DNA of 62,263 nucleotides from Candidatus Enterousia sp. (GCA_045649345.1 JAZRPS010000011.1:1-62263); one strand, 5' to 3'; numbered from the stretch's first letter, positions 35,969 through 45,996 are shown. The notes: a model not told the origin generated them from the sequence alone. Numbers and translations: made by a program.

Positions 35969-36979
35969 TTTTTCGAATTGGGATTTTTCTGGGAATCTTT
36001 CCGCCATAAATTTTGCGTTATCGCGCAGGATGGTTTCGTCTGTGTCGCGCGAATCGTTTATGCAAAATGTTGGGGCGCGCAATAGGGCGCTGCGTGCAGT
36101 TGATGTGTCTGTGCAACAAACAGGGGATTTTTTTATCCATGGCATAAATATTGCGTTATAAATAAAATCTGTGATTTTATGTCGTGTATGTTTGCGTGCG
36201 CGACTGTGTATAAATACAGCCCGGTCATTAATCAGGTCATATAGATTGAATAGCCAACGTTGAACCTCGTTATTAGTTCTGAATTTGTTTCTGATTTGTT
36301 GGTCGATTTGACCAGTTATCATTGGGTGGTTGCGACATGCAATCCATGTTGATTTTATGTATGGGTCAATACCATGCGATGGGCGATACTTATAAACCTT
36401 TTTACCAAATATGCGTTCGATAAATTGTGCAGATAGTATCAATGTCTGGGTGTATTCGTCAACGCGTTCTAACCAGGTGCCGATGTTTTTACTGCGGTTG
36501 GAATGATTGCTGTATAATACACGTGCGCGACCGTATTTGTCATAAAAGAAATCAGGTGTCAGCGGACGGTTAAAGAACATGTCGTCATTCATTAATAAAA
36601 AGTGTTCTGATAGCCCCGGTATGTTTGGTATACACATTTCAATTGCGGTTGCGTTAAATGTTGGTATTGCGTCGGCTGGCATAATTTGTTCGTGTGGGAC
36701 AATTGTGATTTTCGGATGTTTTGTATTCAGCCAACGTGGCACCTGGTTAAAACCAGTGATGATATAGATATGATTTACCCATGGGGCAAATTTATCAACA
36801 CTGCGCAATGAATACAGAAATTCGCCATTGTCGCGCCAGCGTGCCTCTATCGCGGCGTCTTTATAGACGGGACGTTTGCCTTTGATAATTTTTAGCCATT
36901 TATCTTTTTCGGCGCGCCATTTTTTGTCTGTATCATCAACCCATAAATAAACAATATCTATTTTCATGTCTGGTATCAT
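35966..36979 (-). CDS. Stealth-family (CR1-CR4) sugar-1-phosphate transferase
   Basis: CR1-like DIVYLWVDDTDKKW, CR2-like NGEFLYSLRSVDKFAPWVNHIYIITGFNQVPRWL, later LLMNDDMFF. Start at Met 36979, abutting the upstream gene's stop. Confidence 0.75.
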   Translation of the reverse strand: MIPDMKIDIVYLWVDDTDKKWRAEKDKWLKIIKGKRPVYKDAAIEARWRDNGEFLYSLRSVDKFAPWVNHIYIITGFNQVPRWLNTKHPKITIVPHEQIMPADAIPTFNATAIEMCIPNIPGLSEHFLLMNDDMFFNRPLTPDFFYDKYGRARVLYSNHSNRSKNIGTWLERVDEYTQTLILSAQFIERIFGKKVYKYRPSHGIDPYIKSTWIACRNHPMITGQIDQQIRNKFRTNNEVQRWLFNLYDLINDRAVFIHSRARKHTRHKITDFIYNAIFMPWIKKSPVCCTDTSTARSALLRAPTFCINDSRDTDETILRDNAKFMAERFPEKSQFEK

Positions 36980-36981
36980 GT

Positions 36982-37836
36982 TTAAACCCCCGACTTTTTG
37001 AATCTGGTTGGAATTTTTACAATACGTTTTACGCCCAGCATGCCGGGTTTGTCCCATGCGTAAATTGGGCGAAATATGCGCTGCATAACGCGTGCAATGG
37101 TCAGCCATCTTTCGCCGTATGCACGACGGTTTGTCACGTCGTTAATTGTACCGTTGCCACGACGTTTTAGGTGGTTTACCCAATCAGGACCGCGTGATGC
37201 GGCTTTTGTCACCAGCATGTTCATGTCAACCGCGCCAAAATGTAATAGATACAGGTTTTTATCAATATGAAAATTGTGGCCGCGGATACTGTGAAACCCA
37301 GAACCCCAGCGTACAGGACGGTTTATAACAACGGGCTTGGTGTATCTGGTTGATAGTAATGCGTATGAACGTTGGGTTAAAAATGGTTCGGACTGATTTA
37401 GTGTTTTTTCGTATTTTAAATGTTGACCAACGTCCAGCCCCAGACCAGATACAGTTGTATTTATTTTTGTTTCAGATAAATATTGGGACAATGTTTTATT
37501 TAGGGCGGGGTCGATAATTAAAAATTCATCACAATCACAACCGATAACAATGTCGTATTCGTTTAGCAGTTTATTCGCCAAATCGGACATTAATTCAATG
37601 CGATATTTGTCGCCGGCACTGCGTGACATGTCGGTGTGTGGCAATTTTGTGACGTGTGCAGAACCAACGTTCTTTGGCGTCTTTTGGTCCGTGCCGTCCA
37701 GATAAATATACAGGTTTTCTGTACCAAACTGGTTGCCGTAATAGCGTATCCAACGGGACAGAAAGAATTCATCGTTTCGTGCCATGGTTATGGCGCAAAT
37801 GCGTTTGTGAAGATTCTTTTTATTTTTGGTTGTCAT
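36982..37836 (-). CDS. Glycosyltransferase (GT2-like, Glyco_tranf_2_4 type)
   Basis: ICAITMARNDEFFLSRWIRYYGNQFGTENLYIYLDGTDQ and GCDCDEF (DxD-like). Confidence 0.55.
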   Translation of the reverse strand: MTTKNKKNLHKRICAITMARNDEFFLSRWIRYYGNQFGTENLYIYLDGTDQKTPKNVGSAHVTKLPHTDMSRSAGDKYRIELMSDLANKLLNEYDIVIGCDCDEFLIIDPALNKTLSQYLSETKINTTVSGLGLDVGQHLKYEKTLNQSEPFLTQRSYALLSTRYTKPVVINRPVRWGSGFHSIRGHNFHIDKNLYLLHFGAVDMNMLVTKAASRGPDWVNHLKRRGNGTINDVTNRRAYGERWLTIARVMQRIFRPIYAWDKPGMLGVKRIVKIPTRFKKSGV

Positions 37837-38696
37837 ATTCCCTCTATAAATAATTTATGAAATGCGTGGTTAATGTTTCTGAATATAATTTTTATCGGGT
37901 TGCGTGTTATCAGCCATTTAATATGATTTTCACCATATGATGCGCGTGCAGACGATAATATTGCGTCGCGTGTATCAGAATCAATATTTCGTAATATATA
38001 TGAAATTTGGCGACCCAGTGCGCCATGATTGCGTGTAAATGCAACGCGTTTTATAAATGGCATGCCGATTTTATAAAACTTCTTTACATTGTTGTATACG
38101 CTGCGTCCTGGGGCGTTGAACAGACAGCACCACGATAAATTATTTTCGGTGATCTGTTTTGAAAAGCCCTGCTCATATTGACGCGTGATTTCACCCTTGT
38201 GCGGTAATTTTGTAATTTTGCGCATAAATTGGTCATACCATGTGGATAAAAACACTGTTGGCGTCATGCCGATAAACCATGATTGAATATGTGGGTGATG
38301 GCGGTGTGGATTCGCAACCAGACCAAATGCATCGCATGGCAGTGATTCCATGCGTTTAAAATAAGAATCCAGTGGATACAGTGGACCATAAACAGAATCG
38401 TTTACCATATAGACGTAGTCGTATTCAGACAGGTCTAAATTTTGAACCGCCCATATATATGCACGTTTATATGAACCAAAATCATATTCGCCGTGGCGCG
38501 TGCCAGTGGCGTATAGAGTGATGTTTTTTAATTTTGATAGTTCTGTTTTTGTGCAATCAGAATCCATAACTAAAATAATATCGCCAAATTGGGATAGTTT
38601 TTTTGTATAATTTAATAATGCATTGTCGATTTTGCCCGCTTTGTCATAGCCGGCGAATAAGAACAGGCGTTTTATCCTAGAATTCTTTGCTTTCAT
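37833..38696 (-). CDS. Rhamnan-synthesis-F (RgpF)-like glycosyltransferase
   Basis: LFLFAGYDKAGKIDNALLNYTKKL...ILVMDSD pattern resembles RgpF-family proteins. 4-bp overlap with the downstream gene. Confidence 0.45.
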   Translation of the reverse strand: MKAKNSRIKRLFLFAGYDKAGKIDNALLNYTKKLSQFGDIILVMDSDCTKTELSKLKNITLYATGTRHGEYDFGSYKRAYIWAVQNLDLSEYDYVYMVNDSVYGPLYPLDSYFKRMESLPCDAFGLVANPHRHHPHIQSWFIGMTPTVFLSTWYDQFMRKITKLPHKGEITRQYEQGFSKQITENNLSWCCLFNAPGRSVYNNVKKFYKIGMPFIKRVAFTRNHGALGRQISYILRNIDSDTRDAILSSARASYGENHIKWLITRNPIKIIFRNINHAFHKLFIEGI

Positions 38697-38748
38697 ATTA
38701 TATAATTTACATAAAATATAATCATTTTGCAACCAAGGACTTTATTTT

Positions 38749-39945
38749 ATGTCAGTTAAGATTTATGCGTCAGATTCTTATAAGAAATATTTCGATAAAA
38801 AAACCGCGGGTCAGTCTGTTGTGTCGGGGCTGGATATAACGGTTGTGGATAATGGGGCGATTGTTATTGATCCGCGTGACCATGGATTTGGTGTGTTTGA
38901 TGAACAGGGGCAATTTGTTAAGGCGTCGCTGCAAATGCGTAAAAATAATGGGCAATTTATTCCAAAGGTTCCAGAAAATATGCCGTATGTTGATGATGAT
39001 GTTTTATATTTTGGGAATGTGTATCCGGCATTTGGACATTTCTTGTTGGAACATATGAATCGCGGTTGGGGATGGTTGCGTGATGAATATCGGCATTGCA
39101 AGGTTGTGCTGGTTAATAATAAGTTAATAAAAGATATTCCGGGGTATATGTTCGATTTGATTGAGATATTGGGTGTAAAACGTGAAAATATAATTGTGTT
39201 AAATGAAAGTACAAAGTTTCGTCGTGTTGTTATTCCACAACAGGCGTTTAATATTCCAATTATGTCGTCAATTGAATTTGGTGAAACGTTTTCCGCAATG
39301 GCAGATAATGCGCATGGTACGTCCTATGACAAGGTATATTTGTCCCGTGACAAATTAAATATGCGACGCACATTGGGCGAGGCGCAAATTCAGAAAATCT
39401 TTGAAAAAAATGGTTTTAAGATAATTTACCCAGAAACATTGCCGCTGGAACAGCAGATTGCGGCGGTGAAAAACTGTCGCGTGTTGGCGGGGTGCGCAGG
39501 AACCGCAATGCATTTGGCGCTGTTTATGCCGCGTGGTGGAACTGTGATTCAATTAAAGCGAAATTCAAAAGATGATTGCAGTGCGCCAACACAATATATG
39601 ATTAATAACACATTGGATTTAAAATCTGTCTTTATTTCGCCGTCGGTCGAAGAAACGCCAACAGGACATTTTACAAATGCGCCACAAATTATCGCGGTAA
39701 ATAAGTATATGAAGCAGTTCTTGGATGATTTTGGATTTAAATATACAGATGAAGATATTGCAGAAAACAGGGAAGTGTTGGCTGAATATCGTGCGCAAAT
39801 GGTGGAATATAAAAAGACACAGGGCAGTGTGCGTGCAAATAAAATAAAGCATGCGTTGATTAAATATTCTGCATGTCTGATACCGGGGCGTGAAAGACGT
39901 GGGCGTTATCGTGCGTATTTAAAGTCGCGTTTTGTTGCGAAATAA
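38749..39945 (+). CDS. GT61/DUF563-family glycosyltransferase
   Basis: FGNVYPAFGHFLLEHMNRGW and CRVLAGCAGTAMHLALFMPRGGTVIQL segments typical of DUF563. Confidence 0.6.
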   Translation: MSVKIYASDSYKKYFDKKTAGQSVVSGLDITVVDNGAIVIDPRDHGFGVFDEQGQFVKASLQMRKNNGQFIPKVPENMPYVDDDVLYFGNVYPAFGHFLLEHMNRGWGWLRDEYRHCKVVLVNNKLIKDIPGYMFDLIEILGVKRENIIVLNESTKFRRVVIPQQAFNIPIMSSIEFGETFSAMADNAHGTSYDKVYLSRDKLNMRRTLGEAQIQKIFEKNGFKIIYPETLPLEQQIAAVKNCRVLAGCAGTAMHLALFMPRGGTVIQLKRNSKDDCSAPTQYMINNTLDLKSVFISPSVEETPTGHFTNAPQIIAVNKYMKQFLDDFGFKYTDEDIAENREVLAEYRAQMVEYKKTQGSVRANKIKHALIKYSACLIPGRERRGRYRAYLKSRFVAK

Positions 39946-39972
39946 AAGAACCGCCATTTGGCGGTTCTTTTT
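39946..39972. terminator. Bidirectional terminator hairpin (GT61 gene / secB)
   Basis: GAACCGCC ATTT GGCGGTTC with A- and T-runs. The core AACCGCCATTTGGCGGTT recurs at 52853-52870. Confidence 0.7.
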
Positions 39973-39981
39973 TGTTTTTTA

Positions 39982-40413
39982 TTATTTTGATTGTGCCTGC
40001 TTTTGTTCATACAGTTGTGCAAAATCAACAGGCTGCATTGTGAATGCAGGGAATCCTGATTCAGATGTCAAACGTGTAATCAAACTGCGAACCGCAGGGA
40101 ACAACAATGTTGGGACATCAATCAACAGTGTGCGTTTTTTTGCTTCTTCGTCTTTTTCTTCTTCCATTTGAACCAAGCCAGAATATGTTGATTCAATCAA
40201 GAAAATAGATTTTTCGTCTTTTTCTAATTTAGAATGTGTTTTGACAATTAAATCAACCATGAACAGGTTATTTTCTGCACCCTTAATCTGAATGTCGATG
40301 TTGATTTCCAATTTTGCCTGGCCATTGTCTTGTTTAAAGAACAATTCTGGTACATTTGGGCTTTCAAAAGAAATGTCTTTTAAGAATTGAGAGATGATAT
40401 TAAATTTTGCCAT
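39982..40413 (-). CDS. secB: Protein-export chaperone SecB
   Basis: 143 aa. FLKDISFESPNVPE, LLFPAVRSLITRLTSESGFPAFTMQPVDF. Confidence 0.85.
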   Translation of the reverse strand: MAKFNIISQFLKDISFESPNVPELFFKQDNGQAKLEINIDIQIKGAENNLFMVDLIVKTHSKLEKDEKSIFLIESTYSGLVQMEEEKDEEAKKRTLLIDVPTLLFPAVRSLITRLTSESGFPAFTMQPVDFAQLYEQKQAQSK

Positions 40414-40528
40414 TCTTTTTTTCTCCTTCGGTCATATTATTGGCGAATGTAAGGTCTGGACTTGTGTCCTGGTTTTATGTTAATATAGCATTATAAAAAG
40501 GTTTTACAAGTGGGGGGATTGATAAAAA

Positions 40529-41629
40529 ATGCGAATTTTTGAAAAAAACTTTGTTATGCGTGGTTTTTTAATGCTGGTTGGGGCGTTCGTGTTGACGTCA
40601 TGCGACCTGTCCAGCCCCAGTGTGGTTGGTGATAATTCTGTGATTCCATCGAATTTTAAGCGCGTATCATATGCACAATTGCCAGGCTGGCGCGATGATG
40701 ATGTGCGATATGCATTACAGGCATTTCGTAATTCGTGCAAGGCAAAAATTCAATATACGGGGCGTTTAATCCCAGACAGGGCGTTGTTCGAAGAAAAATG
40801 TAATCGTTTGCCATCGGCGTCTGCAGATGTGGCGACGGTTCGTGCGTGGTTCGAATCTAATTTCCAGCCATATCAGATTTATAATGATGTTGGTGGTGAT
40901 AGTGGTACGTATACTGGGTATTATTCCCCAATCATTCCGGCGTGTCGTACCAAGACCGCACAGTGTAATGAACCATTGATGGCGGTGCCACGCGATGGAC
41001 GTAATTACAAAGGGGTTCCAAAAAAAGATATTGTTGAAAAGCAGATTGGTCGCGTGTTGTACTGGGCAAATATTGTCGATGTGCAAAACTTGCAAATTCA
41101 GGGGTCTGGAAATTTAAGACTGGAAGATGGGACAGATGTAAAACTGAATTTTGGTGCGGTTAATGATATGCCGTTCAAATCAATTGGTGAAGAATTGCGT
41201 AAACGCGGAATTCGTCCTGCCGGTGGCTATTCGTCAGAGGCAGTATGGCAACACTTAAAAGCAAATCCGACGTTGGCAAAAGATGTGATTTATAAAAATC
41301 CACGTTATGTTTATTTCTATGAATCGACACCACCGGATGTAATTGGAAAATTGGGTACGCCGTTGTCAAAAATACGCAGTATTGCGATGGACGATGACCT
41401 GTATACGTTGGGATTGCCTGTGTACGTCAGTACGAATTTGTCAGACGGTCGTCCGTTTCGACGCCTGATGATTGCCCAAGATACAGGCAGTGCAATTCGT
41501 GGCTGGATTCGTGCCGATATTTTCTTTGGCAGGGGGGACGAGGCATACAAGTTTGCCCAGGGACAACATGCACAGGGTCAGATGTTCATCTTGATGCCCA
41601 AAGAATATAGTTATGTCAAACCACGATAA
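40529..41629 (+). CDS. mltA: Membrane-bound lytic murein transglycosylase A
   Basis: Lipobox (FVLTSCD), MltA domain (YYSPIIPA...), C-terminal 3D domain (AQDTGSAIRGWIRADIFFG). Confidence 0.8.
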   Translation: MRIFEKNFVMRGFLMLVGAFVLTSCDLSSPSVVGDNSVIPSNFKRVSYAQLPGWRDDDVRYALQAFRNSCKAKIQYTGRLIPDRALFEEKCNRLPSASADVATVRAWFESNFQPYQIYNDVGGDSGTYTGYYSPIIPACRTKTAQCNEPLMAVPRDGRNYKGVPKKDIVEKQIGRVLYWANIVDVQNLQIQGSGNLRLEDGTDVKLNFGAVNDMPFKSIGEELRKRGIRPAGGYSSEAVWQHLKANPTLAKDVIYKNPRYVYFYESTPPDVIGKLGTPLSKIRSIAMDDDLYTLGLPVYVSTNLSDGRPFRRLMIAQDTGSAIRGWIRADIFFGRGDEAYKFAQGQHAQGQMFILMPKEYSYVKPR

Positions 41630-41942
41630 AGATTTTTCAAAACGTATTGCACGCCCCCAAACGTTGGGCGGGGCGTTGGGTGGATTGATTAAAATATTTG
41701 GTGTTCGTGCATCTGATGCAGATTTGGCGACGCGTTGGGCAGAAATTATGGGTGCAGATATCGCAATGATTGCGACACTTGCCGCGATAAAGAAAAATCG
41801 TGACGGGACATTTAATGTTGTAATTCGACCAACAAATCCGGCGTATACGTTGCAATTGTCGTATCAAAAAGATGAAATAATATCGCGTATCAATAAATAT
41901 TTTGGTTATGACGCGGTTGGTAAAATAAGTTTTAGAAAATAA
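41613..41942 (+). CDS. DUF721 (DciA-like) domain protein
   Basis: 109 aa. LGGALGGLIK...LATRWAEIMGADIA...FNVVIRPTNPAYTLQLSYQKDEIISRIN pattern of DUF721 proteins. 17-bp overlap with mltA. Confidence 0.6.
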   Translation: MSNHDKDFSKRIARPQTLGGALGGLIKIFGVRASDADLATRWAEIMGADIAMIATLAAIKKNRDGTFNVVIRPTNPAYTLQLSYQKDEIISRINKYFGYDAVGKISFRK

Positions 41943-41952
41943 GGAGAATAGC

Positions 41953-42378
41953 ATGAGATGGGTTTTATATTTTCTTTTTTGGTTTTTTGTGATTTGGGAA
42001 ATTGATGTTTTGTTAGGGGTGTTGGGGGTGTCGTCTGCTTTGGAATGGTTGTTTTATTTGTTGATAATTGTTGCGGTTTATATTTGGTTTGCTGTATTTA
42101 CCAAACGAACGGAAATTATTACAGTTGCAAGTAAGGCAATATTAGTAAAAAAAATTGGTAAATTGAAATTGATAAAATCGTCTAATGGTCGCGTTTTTAT
42201 TAATAACAATGATTGGTTAGTGAAGTGGAATTCAAAAGATTTGGATAGAAAGTTAAAGGAAGGTCATAAATATAAAATTATATCGTATTGTTCTGGTTTC
42301 GGTGATGAAAGAATAATTTTATATGCGCATGAAATAAAAACGTCTGTACGCAAGAAAACCGGGAAAAAATCGAAATGA
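41953..42378 (+). CDS. Hypothetical membrane protein (141 aa)
   Basis: Two N-terminal hydrophobic spans, basic C-terminus. ATGA overlap with ruvC. Confidence 0.45.
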   Translation: MRWVLYFLFWFFVIWEIDVLLGVLGVSSALEWLFYLLIIVAVYIWFAVFTKRTEIITVASKAILVKKIGKLKLIKSSNGRVFINNNDWLVKWNSKDLDRKLKEGHKYKIISYCSGFGDERIILYAHEIKTSVRKKTGKKSK

Positions 42379-42857
42379 CAACACGTGTTTTGGGGATTGA
42401 TCCGGGGTTGCTGCATACAGGTTGGGCGGTTGTTGAATCGCATGGACAATCGCGTAAATATATTGCCAGTGGTGTAATCTTGCCAAATCCGAAATTAGAA
42501 ATGTCTGTGCGTTTGGCAACAATTTTTCAGGAACTGACCAAAATATGTGATACGTTTGAGCCCGATGAATGCAGTATTGAAATTATATTTGTAAATAAAA
42601 ATCCAAAGACGACATTGTTGTTGGGGCAGGCACGTGCCGCCGCCATTGTTGCGGTTGCGAATGGGGGGGTGCCTGTGTTTGAATATGAACCAAATGTTAT
42701 AAAAAAAGCCCTGACCGGGGCGGGGCATGCAGATAAAACAGCGGTTGATAAAATGGTGCGGATGTTATTGCCAAATGCGCGTCCAAAAACACCGGACGAG
42801 GCAGACGCAATTGCAATTGCGTTGGCACATACAAATATGCTTAAAATATTAAAATAA
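42375..42857 (+). CDS. ruvC: Crossover junction endodeoxyribonuclease RuvC
   Basis: VLGIDPGLLHTGWAVV, LLLGQARAAAI, DEADAIAIALAH. Confidence 0.9.
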   Translation: MTTRVLGIDPGLLHTGWAVVESHGQSRKYIASGVILPNPKLEMSVRLATIFQELTKICDTFEPDECSIEIIFVNKNPKTTLLLGQARAAAIVAVANGGVPVFEYEPNVIKKALTGAGHADKTAVDKMVRMLLPNARPKTPDEADAIAIALAHTNMLKILK

Positions 42858-42866
42858 CGTGTTGTG

Positions 42867-43370
42867 TTATTTTTTGCCAAAGTGTTTCTTTAATATTTCG
42901 TATGCAGTGGAAATGCGCGCAAATTCTGTGGTGGCGTTTTTCTTATCTATTGCAGTGTCGGGGTGGTATTTTTTTGCCAGTGTGCGGTATTTGACACCAA
43001 CTTCGCGCCAGGTGGCAGATATTCCCAAATCGAATACCTTTAATGCCGAAACAACATTTGTTGGCAGTTTTGATTTTGCAGGGATTCTGTCAAATTTGCT
43101 GCGACCGGTAATAAAATCATTTATAAATTTTGCGTAATCTGTTGCGTCGTTGTTTGCAGATTCTTTATCTTTTAATGGTTCACCAAATGTTTGACGTTCC
43201 CAGTCTGCTTCGATTTCATCTGGGGTCATGTCGGCATAATAATTCCAGTTTTTATTATATTCGGCGGCGTGTTCTTGGCAAAAAAACCAATAATCTTTCA
43301 GGTCGCGTGATTTTGGTGCGCGACATGTTCCTGCCTTGCCGCATCCTGGCTTGTCACATTTTTTTATCAT
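42867..43370 (-). CDS. J-domain protein with an N-terminal Cys-rich segment
   Basis: C-terminal J domain with HPD (YRTLAKKYHPD). N-terminal CDKPGCGKAGTCRAP...FCQEH. Confidence 0.7.
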   Translation of the reverse strand: MIKKCDKPGCGKAGTCRAPKSRDLKDYWFFCQEHAAEYNKNWNYYADMTPDEIEADWERQTFGEPLKDKESANNDATDYAKFINDFITGRSKFDRIPAKSKLPTNVVSALKVFDLGISATWREVGVKYRTLAKKYHPDTAIDKKNATTEFARISTAYEILKKHFGKK

Positions 43371-43375
43371 TTTTA

Positions 43376-44233
43376 TTATACCTTTTGTTTTGCCAAGGGG
43401 TGATGATTTTCAATTGTTTGCTTTAAGTGTTCTGGTAATACGTGCGTATATATTTGTGTTGTTGAAATGTCTTCGTGTCCCAGCATTGTTTGTATTGCGC
43501 GCAGGTTTGCGCCACCAGCCAACAGATGTGATGCAAATGAATGGCGCAGTACATGTGGCGTGACGCGGTTTGGTGCAATTCCTGATAAAATTGCACATTT
43601 TTTTAGAATCTTGAAAAAACCGTCGCGTGTGATATGACCCGATTTTGAATTTGTTGGAAATACATATTTTGAATCATTGTCGCCGCGAAGCTTTAACCAC
43701 TTGTTCAATGCGGTTATCGCACCGTCATGCATTGGTACCAGGCGTTCCTTGGCGCCCTTGCCATGAATTAGCAATTTATCACCCAGGATTGCCGTCATTG
43801 GTAATTCGCATAATTCTGATACGCGCAGACCAGATGCGTATAGCAATTCAATCATTGCGCGCAGGCGTGTCGAATTTTTTGTGTCGCCGGCAGATGATAT
43901 TAATAAATCTATTTCTTCAACAGATAAAAATTTTGGCAGAATGCGTTCGTGCTTTGGTAATTCAATATTTTTTGTCGGATTGGTTTTTATGATTTTTTCC
44001 AACATTAAAAATTTATAAAAACCACGTAGGGCAGATGCCTTGCGCGCAATGGATGATGCCTTGTCCGGCAGATTGGATAAATAGGATTGAATTGCCGTTT
44101 CGTCTGCATTCATTAATCCGCCGTCAATCGCGTTGTTTGCCAGGCGTAAGTCCGACTCATAACTAGAAAGCGTCTTGTTGCTGCAGCCTTTCTCGGCGGA
44201 AAGGGCTTCTAAAAATATTTCTATATAGTTCAT
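43376..44233 (-). CDS. xerD: Site-specific tyrosine recombinase XerD
   Basis: RLRAMIELLYASGLRVSE, LRHSFASHLL, LGHEDISTTQIYTHV...HHPLA (XerD-like C-terminus). Start at Met 44233. Confidence 0.85.
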   Translation of the reverse strand: MNYIEIFLEALSAEKGCSNKTLSSYESDLRLANNAIDGGLMNADETAIQSYLSNLPDKASSIARKASALRGFYKFLMLEKIIKTNPTKNIELPKHERILPKFLSVEEIDLLISSAGDTKNSTRLRAMIELLYASGLRVSELCELPMTAILGDKLLIHGKGAKERLVPMHDGAITALNKWLKLRGDNDSKYVFPTNSKSGHITRDGFFKILKKCAILSGIAPNRVTPHVLRHSFASHLLAGGANLRAIQTMLGHEDISTTQIYTHVLPEHLKQTIENHHPLAKQKV

Positions 44234-44378
44234 GGATACACCACGATTTCTGTCATATGTTGGGTTGCAGGAAATGAAATTATCATCAGTATCAATATGA
44301 TGATAAGCAGTGTCCAAATTAAAACTTTGCGAAAATTGTTATTTTTCTTGCGCTTTAATGGCATAAGGAATTTCCTTT

Positions 44379-45437
44379 TTATATTGTGTCAAAACTGGTG
44401 ATAAATATGCCCGCACCGGCGATTATAATCAGCGGTGGCGCGATTATAGATAGCATTGGTGGCAAGGTGCCAGTCGCCCCCAATGCATTAAACATGTTTA
44501 TTAGAAAATAAACAGCAAAACATGTGACGATGCCCAGGCTGAATTTTACGCCAAAACTGTAATTGCGACGTTGTTTTGTTTGGGAAAATGCAATTCCTAA
44601 CATTGCCATTGATATCATTGTTAAGGGCAAGAATAAAAGTGTCCATAGTTGTACCATGTGACCACGAACAGGGGCGCCAATTGTTTCCATGCGTTTTATA
44701 AATTCAGGTAATTCCCAGAAAGATATTTGGTCTGGTTGCAGATATCTGTCCAATACCGTTTGCGGGTTCAGTAATGTTTTTGCAGACCAATCTTTGATAC
44801 GTAATATGCCATTCGCATCCCAGGTTTGTGCATTGTGTGCAGACAGACCCATGTCAGATAGGGTGACGGTGTCAGCCTGAACGCGTTCGGTTAATTTAAA
44901 TTTTTTGTCCTGGGTGTATATTGTTGCATCTTCGAATATTAGGACATCACCAGATTTATGCACGTTTTGGGCGTTCATTGTAATGGTGCCGTGGTCTGAT
45001 TCTTCGCGCAGCCATATTGCTTCATCAACAGATTGTAATTTTTCAATTGTTATGTTTTCTGTGCTGACACTGACAGAATATGGATTTATTACAGTTGTTG
45101 CAAACACGCCAATTAAAAATGCGCCAACCAAAAATGGACGTGCAGATTGAAACGGTGAAAGCCCCGCGCTGGATACAATAATGCTTTCGCTGGATTTGGT
45201 TAAATTATATGATGTTAGCAATGTACCCATAAACACAGCCAATGGTAAGAACATAGGGACGTATTCAAGCAAGCGTATCCATGAATCGTATAGTGCGCTG
45301 ATTGCATCTGGATTTGATGGCAGGCGTTCAACAAATGTGACCGCCAAGATTATGCCACATACAACCAGCATAACAAGACCAACGCCGGAAAAAAATCGGC
45401 GCATTAAAAAGCGTGTTAAGATATTTAGCCTAAACAT
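44379..45437 (-). CDS. LPS export ABC transporter permease (LptF/LptG family)
   Basis: N-terminal ILTRFLMRRFF... TM bundle, central periplasmic beta-jellyroll-sized region, three C-terminal TM spans. Start at Met 45437. Confidence 0.7.
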   Translation of the reverse strand: MFRLNILTRFLMRRFFSGVGLVMLVVCGIILAVTFVERLPSNPDAISALYDSWIRLLEYVPMFLPLAVFMGTLLTSYNLTKSSESIIVSSAGLSPFQSARPFLVGAFLIGVFATTVINPYSVSVSTENITIEKLQSVDEAIWLREESDHGTITMNAQNVHKSGDVLIFEDATIYTQDKKFKLTERVQADTVTLSDMGLSAHNAQTWDANGILRIKDWSAKTLLNPQTVLDRYLQPDQISFWELPEFIKRMETIGAPVRGHMVQLWTLLFLPLTMISMAMLGIAFSQTKQRRNYSFGVKFSLGIVTCFAVYFLINMFNALGATGTLPPMLSIIAPPLIIIAGAGIFITSFDTI

Positions 45438-45525
45438 ATCAATGAAACTATACCCTGTAAATTTGATAATTGCAAAATTAAAATGTATGCGTATAATCTG
45501 AGAAATAAAGGAATAGGGTAAAGTT

Positions 45526-45996
45526 ATGGAAAAAAAACCAATTTCGCGTGCAGGATTTGACACGCTGTTAAAAGAATTAAAGGATTTAAAGGAAGTTCAA
45601 CGTCCAGAAATACTGAAAACTGTTCAATGGGCGCGTTCTCTGGGCGATTTGTCTGAAAATGCAGATTATAGCGCGGCGCGTGAAAAACAGCGTCAGATTG
45701 ATAATCGTATTCGGTTTATCGAAGGCGTGATTGAAAATGCCGCGGTTATTGATATAGATTCACTGTCTGGGAATCGTGTCGTTTTTGGGGCGCGTGTTAT
45801 CGCAGAAGATGAAGATGGAAATAAAATGCAATGTCGTATTTTGTCTGATATCGAATCGGATGGACGTACGGTTATTTCGTGTACGTCACCGGTTGGACGG
45901 GCGATGATTGGGCGGTGTGTGGGCGATACGTGTGTCGTAAAATTGCCCAGTGGTGAAAAAGAATATGAAATTTTGGAAGTGACGTTCAAAGAATAA
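45526..45996 (+). CDS. greA: Transcription elongation factor GreA
   Basis: 156 aa. SENADYSAAREKQ coiled-coil tip and C-terminal SPVGRAMIG. Confidence 0.9.
   Translation: MEKKPISRAGFDTLLKELKDLKEVQRPEILKTVQWARSLGDLSENADYSAAREKQRQIDNRIRFIEGVIENAAVIDIDSLSGNRVVFGARVIAEDEDGNKMQCRILSDIESDGRTVISCTSPVGRAMIGRCVGDTCVVKLPSGEKEYEILEVTFKE

Noticed and set aside
39949-39968. Recurring terminator hairpins as mobile repeats. AACCGCCATTTGGCGGTT occurs at 39950 and 52853. CCCCATATGGGG occurs at 5323 and 14984. CCCC-loop-GGGG variants occur at 24517 and 25429
   Set aside because: They are short (12-18 nt), always flanked by A- and T-runs at gene ends, and lack conserved flanks. They are better explained as convergent or duplicated intrinsic terminators than as a mobile element family.
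42663-42669. G7 run inside ruvC as a phase-variation tract (and similarly G6 in lolD near 21037)
   Set aside because: These runs encode Gly-Gly in conserved housekeeping proteins. This shows that intragenic G6-G7 runs occur by codon choice in this genome. Only the intergenic G10, and with less weight the G8 in the surface-protein gene, were kept as candidates.
43376-44233. Tyrosine recombinase as a marker of a prophage or integrative element
   Set aside because: The sequence carries the XerD-type C-terminus (TQIYTHV...HHP), sits among housekeeping genes (ruvC, lptF/G, greA) and has no adjacent phage or mobility genes. It is interpreted as chromosomal dimer-resolution XerD.
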